Assembly: GCF_001194135.2 (NCBI RefSeq)
Contig: NC_068985.1
Coordinates: 68,209,864-68,273,863, forward strand
Origin: Octopus bimaculoides
Lineage: Eukaryota
Length of the DNA: 64,000 bases
Direction of reading: 5' to 3'
Position numbers and translations under genes: made by a program. How positions within the stretch are numbered: the stretch's first letter is position 1; each line of letters starts with the position of its first letter. Below, piece after piece: positions 26,230 through 39,909 of this stretch. The notes under the pieces are model-generated. The model searched no databases and was not told the origin of the DNA. It saw nothing but the letters and a program-made list of their open reading frames with translations.

Positions 26230-27300
26230 TGGTCTCGTGGGCAATTGGAGAATTTGTTTCTTGTCTTTGCTGCCTTTCACACATTTGCACAGGCAACGTT
26301 TCACTATTTCATAAACGTTACAAACCTGGGCAGTTAACTATCCAAAGTCTTTCCCGTCTATCTGTCGTTCAAATTAAATTTCCCCATAAACAACCTCCTG
26401 TCGGTGCTGGTTACTTTAACCTCACTTTCATGCAATGATTTAAAAAAGAATTTATTATCTGGGTAAATATTACATGTCCCTACTGATTCATGTTGTGATC
26501 TGGTGTAAATACAGATATTCAAAGAGTTTTCCTATTAATGTGTGGGGTGATTACTGTGTCCCTATAAAAATGTTTTGTCATAAAAGCTTAAAAAATTTTT
26601 TGGCCGCCTCGTGTATCCTCAGCTTTCTCCTATTTTAAGGTCTGTAGAGAAGAACGTATAACATTTTCGCTCGAGATGTGCAGCATCAAGTACAGTGTCC
26701 ACCTTGCTACATTTGCATTACATGACTTTTGAGAAGATAGGTAATTCTAATGGACATCGTTACTTTTAGTGGTCTGTACGTTTAGAAATCCGTAACAATC
26801 CGAGCCACTTTCAAGTATAGATGGAATACAGTGCAAATTGCATGCGCCAGAACTTTAGCTTCCCTTCATGCAATGTTTGTCGATGCTTCAAGGAAAATCA
26901 TTTGCTTTTTTCCAGATACTGGTTTGTTCTTTGTAAGGAGAAGTTCCATAGCATCGTGTATCTAGGATCTTCGCAAGTTTTTCCACTTATGTAAGCATGA
27001 CCAGTTTTGAATTCCTATCTTTCATTTCTTTCTAATTTGACGTGTTTATACTTTTCGACAGCCTTTACTTAAAATATGACTTTCCAATTTATCAGCTTCT
27101 CCTGTCTGTATAGGCATTCTCCCTCACACCACGTGGTACTTGCTCTTTCCCAACATTATTATATCATCTATAAAATCATCTGTTTTTGGATCATGGATCT
27201 TCATTGAGTGACCGTGAAGCCATGTACTTATTAAGATGATTTTAAATCCAAATATAAATCAAATGTTAGAGATTTTGACCCTATTGCGATTCATAACTCC
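26230..27300 (-). mobile_element. Probable Academ-type transposase C-terminal remnant
   Basis: Mosaic translation in order: VFH..SGSDC, LER..VLLY, HEAAKKFF, PAPTGGCLWG, KRCLCKCVKG. This matches the Academ-like FHA.TGCD / LERFV..LY / EARK.LF / P.P..WGW / C.CK..C order. Confidence 0.45.
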
Positions 27301-29329
27301 AAACTATGTCCAGAACAACTCGATGCATAACTGCGAGATCATTTTCCCCACTTTTATAAAGTCTGTATGGCCATAGATGTATGTTCTATGAAATCTAATG
27401 CACATAGGAATTCTACTTTGTACTCCTGTAATCTGTCTGAATTAACCAAGAGTTGATGAATTGTCATCTTTGAGGAGATGGTGCCTTCAGCTACTTTCCT
27501 GTTATTCAAAATAATCTCGCTCACGCTTTTCAGACAATCAGGAATAGTTTGTTCATTAGATGGGAAAGATTCTTGTAGAATATTTACAACTCCTTATCAC
27601 TATATGGTAATGCCTTTTGATAAAGTACTGCATTTCTTTCATTCAAACTTCTTTATTGTCAAATATTAATTAGGGTGCTGTTGAGTTTGGTGTTCCGCCT
27701 TGGTGTTTAGTACTGTCTCGAAAAATATCATTATATTTAACATATCATATTTTTCAAATCTGTTTGAACAGTTCGTCATTGACATATGTTAATTTGACTA
27801 TTCTGCTCTCAATCTATTTAGTTGCATATCCATTTGTTTCGCGAACATCTGCGGAACTGAAGTTTTTTCCCTCCATATCTCAGTTCGAACCAGCCTCCAG
27901 AGACACTCCTTAACATCACCATGCAGAAATTTCAAAGGTTACTTTTCTAGCCTCAGACTCCTACTCTGATAAGACTTCTCATTCGAACCTTTCCTGAACA
28001 GGGACTCATCCTACTATTAATTTTACAGAGTTCATCTTGCGACCTCTACATAGTATGACAAACATCTCTTCATGTCTATAATAAAAGAAATCGCCGGTTA
28101 CCTGGAACTCTTGTTCTACCAACAATCCATCATTATTTAAACTCCATCTCCAGTTTTCATTCGCTTTACGTTTTACATTATATACTTCTTACTATCCAGC
28201 ACTGACTTAATCTTCAATAGAGTGTTGTACATACTTTTGTATTTGACCTCCCAGTTACTCTCAATACTTATTTTCTGACGAACAAATGCGATTCTGCATA
28301 CTGACAGACACGAGGTCTCTGATTTGTGTACCATTTCATTGATGTTGCTATTGTACAAGAGAAAAATTATCATTTATTTAGGAATAACACCAAAGAATAT
28401 TTTCCCATATATCTGCTAATATATAAGGCATTTTGAAATCATGAAATATTCCTTATCGTGTGAATAAAGATTACACTGACGCTTATCACTTGCTAATTTG
28501 TTTATGTATGAGGAAGTTTGGCAATGATATTTCAGTGAAATGTTATGTTAATATAATTGATGAAATTTGTATAAAAAATATTTCATTTGACATTAATCGT
28601 CTGAGCAAATATTAGAAACACACTAACATATTCACGTTTTGAGATTACTTATAGGACTTATAAAAATACCAACTAAACCTCCGTCAAGTCATCCAGTGTG
28701 GCACATCGTAATGAGGAGAAACCATACCTGACTGCAATAGTGATAATAGATATGTCATCTAGATGGTTGTAGATATTGCACTATTTATAGTTAATAAGTT
28801 TGCAGAATAAGAAAAAAGATAATTTGAAATTAAAAGTTTTCCATAAAATAGTATTAAAAGATTATTTATCAAGTTTTTGCTGTCTAAATTTGAACAATTT
28901 ACCTAAATAAAAAAGAAACGTCTAATATAACAACTATTTCCCTGAAAACAGCGGTAAAGTTAATAAATTTGTAATTCTTTCAAAGACATTTCGTATTGAA
29001 ACTGAATATATCTTTTATTAAAGGAATCAATTCTTATAGAAAACAATTCTAATCTAAAAACTCACCAACTTGCCGTCAGCGTACCAACGGTATCCAACTG
29101 GTATTAAGCAACTTGAGGCATGTCTAAAAAACGCAACCAACAAACGATCCTAATTTTTTCCAGTTAATATCGATTAATGATAATGACTTTTGTTAATCAC
29201 TTACGGAAACAATCTATGTAACACTACTGCAAGCACAACTAGAGACTCTTCGTAAAATCATTTCCGTTGCAGTATTTTCGGCTTCGTTGTTTCAATCAAG
29301 ATCAACGCAAGCATCCTACGAAACTGCCC

Positions 29330-29800
29330 CTAGGTACATTTCCATTACTCAACCACAGCAACTAATGTACTTTAATTTTCTCAAGTAGATATTTGGCAAC
29401 GTGAAGCTTTTGTTCAATCAATTTGCTCCACTTCTTTCGATTTGTTTCATTATAACCACACCCGCAGTTATGATTTTTCTTGCCGTACAAAGTATAATGA
29501 AAATTCAAATCTACAGCTTGTTAGAAGCAAAGAAAATATACTTTCAACGGAAGGGTTGTGTAATTAGGAAAACGTTCAAGAATGCTTTGAGAAACATGAA
29601 GTTGCTGAATGTCATCAGGATTCTATTGAAGTGGAAAAGATTCCTAAATGTAATAATGTTGGAGCATGGTTGTATGAAACTGCAAGCAAAAGCATAAATA
29701 CAAAACGAAAATACATAATACAAGATACTGAAGGCTTGCACTTCCTTTTCTGACCAGAAATATCCATGAAATGGATATGCTAGATGGCGAAGAATCCTCT
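29330..29800 (+). mobile_element. hAT (ZMYM1-like) N-terminal TTF zinc-finger remnant
   Basis: LFHYNHTRSYDFSC...STEGLCN*ENVQECFEKHEVAECHQDS resembles the W..Y....D..FC...GF.NWK.A...F.KHE.S.CH motif. Confidence 0.5.
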
Positions 29801-30419
29801 AGCTTATATAATCTATTACTAATACGGAGATTAGTGATTCCAATCTTGCAGAATGGTTCATTAAAGCTAGTACAAAAAATACATGGTCAGAACATATAAA
29901 CGTATATATTGGTTTATCTATTATTATGAGACGTGAAATAGACAAACCATTTTCTATAAGCGCAGGTGAATATAATTACGTATGCACTAAATGTAAATCC
30001 AACAATTTCGCTATATATTCAATGGATCGAAATACTATTGGTACCTGACAACGAATTCCTGTATGTTTATTGCGTCTCAACAATGTTTTCATTTACCACA
30101 GACTCGTTCATAAAGTCGGAAATACATTTATTCAAAAGAAGATAGGTATAATCTGAAGTAACGAATGATTTGCGTGGGGAAGTCAAACGAGGACTTTAAT
30201 AACAATTAATTAAGCTGCGCATGAAAGAAGTAGAGACGGCCATATGTGATGGGTAACAGCTACAATTTTCTTTTTTAATTATGTATTCAGGAAGACGGAG
30301 ATCTTCCATGCCAATTTTGGAAAAAAAAGCATACACAAACAAATATATTTTCAAAACTTTATAGATATAAATAGATAAATGGAGACGTGTAGATTTGTGC
30401 TGCATCCAAGAAGTAAGAG

Positions 30420-31105
30420 GGAGAGGAAGTTCTGTTAGGTTCCTCTCGGGCGAAAAAATATAGGTATAAACTTTTCTGGTTAGGGAACACTGATGGGGTT
30501 GGGGCGTGGATGTACTCCTTGCGGAGAAATGGGGTGATAAGGTAATCGAGGTAGTCAGAGTGTGTGATAGTATAATTTACCCTAGACTAGAGCTGCAACA
30601 TCGATTAGCAACCATTATTTCGGCCTATGCCCCCTCAGCTAGGACTACCTGCTGAATAGAAAGACCGATTTTATGACACCCTGTTGCAGACTACCTCTTC
30701 GGCGAATGACAGAGACCTTCACCTTGTGGATAGCGACTTCAACGAGCATGCTGGACAACATCCAGGGAGCTACTATGGTGTATATGGTGGCAAAAGATGT
30801 GGTTCCCGCAATGAGAGGGAAACGAGACCGCTGAAGTTCTGTGATGCAAATGATCTTATGATATATAATACTAATTTCAGGAATCCTGCCAGTCACCTGT
30901 TCACCTGCCAGTCTGGTGGGCACACTAGTCAGATTGACTACATTCTCGCCAGGAAACGGGAAAGAAGGCCAAAACATTACCAGGAGAAGAGTGTATCCCA
31001 CAACATAGGTTAGTAGTTAGCGACTTCAGAATCAGGACTAAATGGCTGCCCAGAAGACGACCAGCATGGGAAAGAAGGATCTGGAAACTTAAGGATACAT
31101 GATTA
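30420..31105 (+). mobile_element. RTE-clade LINE apurinic endonuclease fragment
   Basis: YKLFWLGNTDGVGGV, IISAYAPQLGLP, DSDFNEHAG, NERETRPLKFCDANDLMIYNTNF, SQIDYILAR. Confidence 0.9.
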
Positions 31106-31694
31106 ATATCATATCTAGCTAGCAGCAATGGGCTATTCAAACTGAGTGTCTACTGCACAGTCTAAAGTACATGAGTTCTTCTGGAAACTATCTAACAAAT
31201 TAACTATTGCTGCTAGCCAGATATGATACTAATCATGTATCACCAAATATTACAGATTATGGTCGCAAGCAAATTACATAATTCATTTTACATTTGCTTG
31301 TGGAAGATTCATGTTTTAGAAACACTATACATTTAAATCTGTAAATTCGATACATAGATGTTCGCAAATGATTTTAAGATCTTCATTGCACGCATCGTCT
31401 TATTTTATCATCCCCCTATCTCATAAAACAGTTCGCAAGACACTGACACAGACGCACATGCACAAACACACATTTCATATATCGCAATACAAGCCATACA
31501 TAGAGCAAACATTTTCAGATAGAGAACTCTGAATGCTGAATAGAGTGAATTTTTGGACAGCGGTCCAAAAATGTCATCAAGGTACTACCTCCCTAAGCAG
31601 CACGACACGACGTTGTCGCAAAAGCAAAATACAATGCCGTTCGAAAAAGAAAACTGTCCTAGAATAAATGGTGAGAATCTCCGTGTTACTGAAC

Positions 31695-31975
31695 TTGTAC
31701 AATAGTCATCGACACAAAGAATATTGCTGGAACATTTGCATCAAGACCGCTGTCAAGTGTAAACATAACAGACCGGATATTGTTGCTTAGGGTAGACAAG
31801 AAAATGTATGTGCCATCATAGGGGTTAGCTGTCCTGTTGAAGTGAATATTTCTTTGAAAAATGAAACTTCCATCTTCTGTATCCAGATTATAAATTCTCA
31901 TTTATAACAATAAAAATTTGTTCACTTGGTTTTGTGAGTAAATACCTAAGTGAAAATCTGGTTAAGCTAGAGAGT
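31695..31975 (+). mobile_element. R4/Dong LINE C-terminal restriction-like endonuclease fragment
   Basis: WNICIKTAVKCKHNRPDIVA...CAIIGVSCPVEVNISLK...YPDYKFSFITIKICSLGFVSKYL. Confidence 0.75.
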
Positions 31976-32189
31976 GTAGTTAACGAAATTAAGTAACTCG
32001 CACATTACAAATACACCCTCTAACTGAAACAGTAAAAATATGGAAGACTTTTCTCAAATTTAAAACGTGACATTGTTTTTCCTATTTGCATTGCGATGCC
32101 TCATTGTTAGAAACCGACTCCTTCCTCCGAAGAATTTAAATAATTGAAAAACAGAAGAGTACATATATACATAAGTTTTATCTATTATC

Positions 32190-32420
32190 TTTGACTTGTT
32201 TCAATCGTTATACTGCGGTCATGCTGGGCTCCGCCCTAACAAATTTTAGTCGAACGAAACCAACTTAGATTTTATTTCCTTTTCCATTATCTCTTTTGCC
32301 GAAACGCTAAGTTACGGATGTTATTTGTCCGTATATATGTATGCATGCATTTAACAGTTGTGTATACTGTCGACTTTGCCTTTCAGCATTTCGGGGTCGA
32401 TTAAATAAGTACCAGTTACA
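32190..32420. mobile_element. Partial SINE B (minus, ~32190-32320) and partial SINE A (plus, ~32366-32420)
   Basis: cttgtttcaatc...ctgcggtcatgctggg...cttttgccgaaacgctaagttacgg, and gtcgactttgcctttca...ggggtcgattaaataagtaccagtt. Confidence 0.7.
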
Positions 32421-32603
32421 TACTAAGTTACGGAGGTTATTTGTCTGTATGTATGTATGCATGTATGTATGTATGTATGTATGTATGCATGTATGTATGC
32501 ATGTATGTATGTATGTATGTATGCATGTATGTATGTATGTAGGTAGGTATGTAGGTAGGTAGGTAGGTAGGTAGGTAGGTAGGTAGGTAGGTATGTATGT
32601 ATA

Positions 32604-32712
32604 TCATTATTCAGTTTATTTTAAGATTTCTAGCCAATAGAAAAAGAACGGTTTCTAACCTTGATCCGAGGTTCCTTCATTAGAATTTTAACATCAAGAA
32701 CAGGGTATTTTT
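32604..32712 (+). repeat. ~110-bp interspersed repeat (partner of 17532-17640)
   Basis: Reverse-complement similarity to 17532-17640. Confidence 0.75.
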
Positions 32713-32950
32713 GTATGTATGTATGTATGTATGTATGTATGTATATATGTACATGTGCAGATTTGTATGTTTTATGTATGTATGTTCATGTATAGTTGCT
32801 TTTCTAGACATGCTCATATATATTTAAATGATAAACTTCTGGAAAGTTCCAGTGATGGATTGGATCTGAATTCTTCGAATTAGCTTTCTCGTTTCTAGTA
32901 TTGAGAAAACTAATGTATGTATGTATGTATGTATGTATGCATGCATGCAT

Positions 32951-33915
32951 GAGCCCCAACTCTCTTTTCTTTGTACTTTGCTGCTGCTTTTACTCATGCA
33001 TTTGCTAAGGTTAGCTCACTAGGTATATATGCCAGGTATCGATTTTCTGGCCGCCTCTTTAACCTGTGCCGATTTGCTGCCAATTCAAAGATTTTCCAGT
33101 CTCTTATTTGTGACCTCCTTTATGCAGGTGACTGTTACTTAGTAACTCATACAGTGGATGATATGCAAATACTTATCAATCGTATTTCTTCTTCTTGTAG
33201 GGCATTTGGACTCAGCATTAACCTGGACAAGACTGTTGTAATGTTCCAGCCTGCACTAGGAAATCCATATGCGGAACCAGCTATTTTGGTTGAAGCAACA
33301 ATTCTGAAAGTGGTAGACAAGTTTGTCTACCTGGGCAGCACACTCAACTGTTCTTGCTCCCTTGGACGATGAAATATCTTTCAGGCTGCAAAGAGCGACT
33401 GATTCCTTCCAGTTTCTTCAGTCTCGGGTCTGGACCAAGCATCGCATCACAAAGCAAACAAAAATTGCTGTGTACCGTGCATGTGCACTGACATCTCACC
33501 TTTACTCAGGTGAGGCACGGATCCTTTACAAGCGTCATGTAAGGGTCCTTGTATGGTTCCATCAGAGAAGTCTGAGACACATTCTGAATGTTTGCTGGAC
33601 CTTAGAAACTTCAGACACAGATGTCCGGAGGACAGCTGATATCTTGAGTATTGAGGCGATCGTGCACAAGCACCGGTTACGTTGGACTGAACCCCTTATT
33701 AGAATGAAGGATAGTAGGGAACTAGTTAGTGTAAAGAGACCCCGGTAGAAACCAAGGCTGCGATTTAAGGACTATGTCAAGTCCTCATTTAAGGTCTGTG
33801 ATATACAGGAGACTGAATGATAGAGCAAAGCCTGTCATAGCCACAAATGGAGGAAGCAGGTTAAGGAGAGGGTTGACACCTTTGAAGAAACACGTATTCT
33901 GCATGAAGATTTAAA
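32951..33915 (+). mobile_element. RTE-BovB-like LINE RT C-terminal fragment
   Basis: APTLFSLYFAAAF, DLLYAGDC (decayed YADD), FGLSINLDKTVVMFQP, VVDKFVYLGSTL, TKIAVYRAC, HRLRWT, RPR*KPRLRFKD. Confidence 0.92.
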
Positions 33916-34372
33916 GTTTGCAGTATTTGCAGTCGTGAAAGCTTTTCCGTTAAGCATCTTCGACTTTCAGTAGTATCTTGAACTTCGGTAGTCTGAGCCT
34001 GGTACGCTGACAATAAGGCTTCCTTTCATAGGTTGGATTAAGGGTGAGGGGAACAGAAAGAGAGAAAAAAAAATGAAAAGAAACAAGAGGAAAGGAAGGA
34101 AAGAGAACAATAGAACAAAGAACGTAGAGAAAAATGAGGAAAAGTGTGGAATAGATGGGTAAACTGGAAAATAATGTAGAGTGAGCAAGTGTGAGCTCAT
34201 TAAAAGAGATCAGTCGAAAAAAGCATAAGAAAGTACAACAAATAAGATAAAATATCTTATTAAAAAAAATATAGAAGAATGGTAGACAGCAAGATGGGAT
34301 GGTCACTCACACATACACACACAGATACATACATACACACATACATACAGACACATACATACACACACAGAC

Positions 34373-34404
<32 letters not shown>

Positions 34405-36340
34405 ATGTGTGTGTATGTGTGTGTGTGTGTGTATGTGTGTGTATGCGTACGAATGTATGTCTATGCTTGTATTTCGTTGGGTTGCGCATTTTCGGTGCAG
34501 TGCGTAAGTTGTCAAAATACACAATTTAGAAGACAGTATAGTATAGAAACGCGTATATATGTGTATTGTTACACAATATCGTTTCCTTATTGCTAAAGGT
34601 TTCCTCCGTCAACAGTAGTTCTAATCGGGAAATCTGAAATGAATCAATACGCGGTATGTGTGTGTGTGTATGTGGATTTGTGTTCACGCGTGCGTGCGTG
34701 TGCGTGTGGTTGTGTTTGTGCATATGCCTGTACGCGCGCGCGTATGCAAAATTTTGTTTTATATCTTGAAGCTTTTCCATTTTTTAAAAATCGTCTTGGT
34801 GCTCTCCCTATTATTGCAGCATACTATTTTGACATATTGTTCTTCAAGTCTTACAGGGAATTATTTTGTTTGTACGCATTTATTTATTTAAACTGTTTCT
34901 CGAAAAGTCCTGTTTATATAATTTCCTTTTATTTCTGCTTTTTCATCGCCGAGATTATTTAGAAGCGAAATGAAATTATAATAGTTAATATTTTGAGAAG
35001 TCAATCTGGTGAAACTTATAACGCTGAGAGGCAATGTGATGGTCTCAACTTCTGATCGTTAAACTTTAGAATTGCTTACAATCTCTTATTCATTATATTC
35101 CCTCTCTTTCTGTCTTTCATTCCCCCTTTCTCTCATTCTCACACTCTCTCTTTCTCTCACGTTCTCATTCTCTCCCCCCCCTCTCCCTCTCTCTAATTCT
35201 GGAGGAAAGAAAATATTAAAAAATACCTATCAACGAAGTCTTCTGTTGCAAAATAATTAAATTAACATCGTAAAGTTGTCAAAGCTGTAACTAGGTTTTC
35301 GAGATATTTTTAGTTAAACATGAAATCACAAATTTTTACACGATGCCTGGAGATGAATACACTTACAACTACAAGCGCAGTCGCACGCACGCACACATAC
35401 GCACCCACACACACACACTCAACTCTTGTACACATATGCGCATTCAGATACATGCACACAGATACAAACACAATAACATGTATGTGTCACCACATATCAA
35501 ATCACAAATGATCTTACACCATGAAAGATCACACATAATTTAGTCAGAAACAGTCAATAAAATGTTAAACAGAGGGACACATATATGCGTTCATCCGCAC
35601 ACACACGCTTATGCGTGTATGTTTTTGTGTATTATTATGTATCCGAATGCGGATCATTTTGCAATTGAGTGTATATCTGTACATATATTGCACATCTTAT
35701 TTGTCAATGTGTACTTTAAATTATAATGCACGCGAAAAAATATTCTTAAGGGAAAGAATGATATTAAGAAAGAATAGAAAACAATACTTCTTCGTATGTT
35801 CCTATTTCACATGACATGAAGCTACATATAAACAAATAAAAAGTTGCAACCGTAGGGAGCAGAGCATATATCGCCTATAGATTGTATGCAGCATTTAAAA
35901 ACTATTCCCTTTTGTGCAGGTATTAATATTATTCAATATTTCATTTGTATTCTGTATATACATTTTCGATTTATCAATTATGGATTCACTGAGAGTATCT
36001 GACGACAGTGTTTCTAATCTTGATAAAAGGATTCCATGACAAACATACTGAAAAGATACTTGAGAGACAAGGTTTAATTCTAGTTGGTAATTTCTTGTAT
36101 TAAATCTGTCCTCCCCAGGGGTTATTCAGACGTGGTTATATATATANNNNNNNNNNNNNNNNNNNNNNNNNNNNNNNNNNNNNNNNNNNNNNNNNNNNNN
36201 NNNNNNNNNNNNNNNNNNNNNNNNNNNNNNNNNNNNNNNNNNNNNNNNNNNNNNNNNNNNNNNNNNNNNNNNNNNNNNNNNNNNNNNNNNNNNNNNNNNN
36301 NNNNNNNNNNNNNNNATATATATATATATATATAATACAC

Positions 36341-36676
36341 GTTTCAATAAAATGACTGTGGCCATGCTGAATGAAGCACCACCTTTAGTCGAGCAAATCG
36401 ACCTCAGGACTTATTCTCTGCAAGCTATTCTATCGGTCTCTTTTCGAACCGCTGTTTTGGGAACATTAACACACACATACATAAATATATATACACACAT
36501 ATATATATACATACATATATATACGACGGGCTTCTTTCAGTTTCGTATACCATATCCACTCACAACGATTTGATTGGCCCTAGGCTATAAAAAGAAGCTA
36601 CTTGACCAACTTACCACACAGTGTGACTGAACCCGGAGCCATGTGGTTAGGATGCAAGCTTCTTACCATGCAGCTA
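36341..36676 (-). mobile_element. tRNA-derived SINE, family B
   Basis: gactgtggccatgctg...cctttagtcgagcaaatcgacc...acgacgggcttctttcagtttc...gactgaacccggagccatgtggttagg. Confidence 0.85.
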
Positions 36677-37299
36677 CAAGCTGTTCGGGCCTGGCCCGAG
36701 TATAAATTTTGTAAAGTGAACGTGTATTTGCAAGGTGATTTAATGTCTACCAACACTGACTTCAAGTAAATAATTACAGCCCAATAACTCGGGCTCCTTT
36801 TATTGAGTCTCGTCGCAGTTCATTTAATTTTGTTCAGCTTCTTGCGGTTGTCTTAGAGTCCGAGATCTTATATATAATCGTAAAGATTAAACGTAATTTG
36901 AATTCAATGTTTTCTTGGAACAAAATATTTCTATTGAGATTGGGATTTAAATTCTAATCTCTGAAGAGTTTCCGTTCTACAATATTCTTAAAGGACCGAA
37001 AAAGTATCCAGCAACAGGGCTAATACGAACGAGTCTGGTAGATGTAAAAGACTAACTGGCATCTTCTGTCAGGAGTATAGGCGACAGTAAGATTGCTGAT
37101 GTTTATTGTGCACTCCGCTGTCGTTATTTGATTGTTGTTATTTTGTGCGTTTGCATGTAAAGAACAGTTGCATGGTTGCTTTATTTTTATCCTTTGCTTA
37201 CAAATGAAGACAGAGTGCTAGATATAAAAAAAATAAGCCATATAGGGCTAGAAATATTGCAGTAAAACGTGAATTTTTTCGAGCAGGCAGGCTTTTCAT

Positions 37300-39230
37300 T
37301 GAAGTCTAAAGAAGGAACTCGAACATTCCAGATAGAATGTTATGAACAGATTGATTGACTTTGTGCAAGTAGTGTAACAGAGAAACTTTACTACTGGCCA
37401 TGATTGTTGTTTCAACCAAAAGTTAATCGGTTGTGGCCAGATGGAGGCTATTATAATTATAAAAATATTCTGTTTGGCTTTAAGCATCACAGTAAATCTG
37501 CGAGTCATTTAAGTAGTAATAAAAGCTTGAAAGCTTTCGAACTGTACGATATTTTGACAACTATTAGTGAGTCTACTAAACTGGAAAAAGAACGGCATAA
37601 CAAAGAAACTGAAGAAAATAGACTATATTTTAAGCAATTAACAAATACAGTGATATACCTGTGTAGGAGGTGCTTTTACGTGGACATGTTGAAGGAAGTG
37701 AAAGCATTAGTAGAGGAAATTACCGTCAACTATTGCAGTGCCTTGATGGAATCGACAGCGTGTTTGCTTCTAGACTTTCTACTAAAGAGGGAGCGAAACA
37801 GTTAATAAAACTCCGTTTATGTCTATACAAGTCCACGAAACTATAGACTGTGCAATGCATTCCCAACTATCGATCATAATAAGATATGCATATGAAGACA
37901 AAAGCTGTGAACCATTTCTGGGATTCCTTGAAGTCGGTGATGATAAAAGTGCTACAAGACTGGCTGATGTGATCGCAGCTACGTTGAACTCGTTCAGTGA
38001 GGCTACGGATGAATTAGTGAGTCAGACTTACGACGAAATACCGGTAATAGCAGGGACGCTAAACGGAGTACAGAGCAAGCTAAGGGATAAAGAATTTAAA
38101 CACGCGCACTTCATTCACTGCTATGCGCATAAACTTAACTTTGTCTAGAGCAAAAGTGCCGAGAAAGTGAGTGGAGTAAAAATGTTTTTTTCTCATTCCC
38201 CGAGGGGAAATGTTTTCAGGCATTTTAATGTCAGTATTCCATCACTGTACGGAATATTATGGTGCTATAGATCACGAACTGTGTCATCCATAAAACTTTT
38301 GCATGAAAACTTGAAAATTGCCGTCACAAGTATTCTAGGCTTTAGTGAAAAGTGGGATGAAGATAAACTTTGTCAAACAGAAAATCTATTGGCAAAGTTG
38401 AATACTTCACATTCATGTTTTGCATCAATTGCTTTCATAACATACTTTCGCAGGCTGGAAAAGTTTTTCATACCCTACAGTATAAGGTACTCGAAATAAA
38501 GCATGATCAGAGTAAACTAAATGACTTCATTCATTTTCTTGAAGTTTATTGTAAGCGTGAACATTATGAAATCAATAATGCGTGATACAGTTGCTGACAT
38601 TGAACAGGCAGATGAGTTCGATCCTCCTCGTACAAAAAGTCAGAAAGGTACAAATTAATTACAAAACTACCTATTTTGAAATTAGTAGATAACATTGAAA
38701 TTAGTAGATAATATTCTAATGTCCTTACCAGAGAGATTTTCTGACATTCAGGAGTATGCATTTTTTTTATTACTAAAAGATAAGCTTGAAGAGTTTTCTA
38801 ACTCATTTCCTATGCAAAATATTGACTCTCTAGAAAATAAGATCCCTGTATATTTTACTGTAAGAGCTTGGTGAGCGAGCTAAAATATGTGTATACTGAC
38901 AGTGATGTCGAAAGGTGCAAGTCAATCAACTCCTTTTTAGATTTACTGCATAAATTGGAGTTGACTCCCGCTATATCGGAATCTATTAAACTAATTAAGC
39001 TAGTGCTGACCAGCCCCCTAACATCAGTTGCTAATAAGAGAAGTTTCTCAACGTTGGATAGAATCTACTGATCTATGAGAAGCATAATGTCCCTAGAACA
39101 GCTGTTTCACTGGCTCAGTTTTCCACCCAGAAAAGCATTTTGGACGACTTGGACAGGAAGGAGCTGCATGACAAAATATTACATGCATTCACCATCAGAC
39201 CAAAACGAGTGGAGTTCATGTATAAATGAA
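37300..39230 (+). mobile_element. hAT transposase pseudogene (ZMYM1-like; TTF zinc finger, DUF4371-type core, dimerisation domain)
   Basis: SIQVHETIDCAMHSQLSIIIRY, EPFLGF, SQTYDEIPVIAGTLNGVQSK, FIHCYAHKLNFV, LTSPLTSVANKRSFSTLDRI. Multiple stops and frameshifts; TIRs not identified. Confidence 0.9.
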
Positions 39231-39876
39231 GAGAGTAATTTTTATATTAAAACTATATTTCTTTCGTATTTGGATTTGCTTTACAAGATTCTTTATGTAA
39301 ATTCGTATGTTGAAGCATATTTTATTGTGTCTGGGGACAGTCATTCTCTTTTAGCACCTTATTATTTAACACACTCACCGGTTCAATTTCCACTCATTAC
39401 TTATTTATTTTTTCTAAAATTTTCGTTGCGTCTTGCAACTTTGCAATAGTCGTTAACTCTGTCCGTTATCCGAGCTACGTTCTTTTTGTTTGTTTGTACG
39501 CATGTATGTGGCTCTGTATGCTTACGCATACACATATGTACGTACGTATGTATATATGTATGTATGTATGTTTGTATGTATGTATGTATGTATGTATGTA
39601 TGTATGCATGTATGTATGTAGGCATGCATGTATGTGTGTATGTATATATATATGTATGCATGCGTGTACGTTTGTATCTATGCATTCTGCATATTCATGT
39701 GTTTGTGTGTTTGTATGTGTGTGTATGGTCATGAGTTTCAGTCTTCATCTGCGTATGTATGTGTTATGTGTGCGTGTGCGTGCTTGTCTGTCCATGTTAC
39801 TTATGCATCTATCTACCTGCTTGTCTATCTGTTTACATTCATATCCATTTAACTACATACATATGCATATACATAT

Positions 39877-39909
<33 letters not shown>

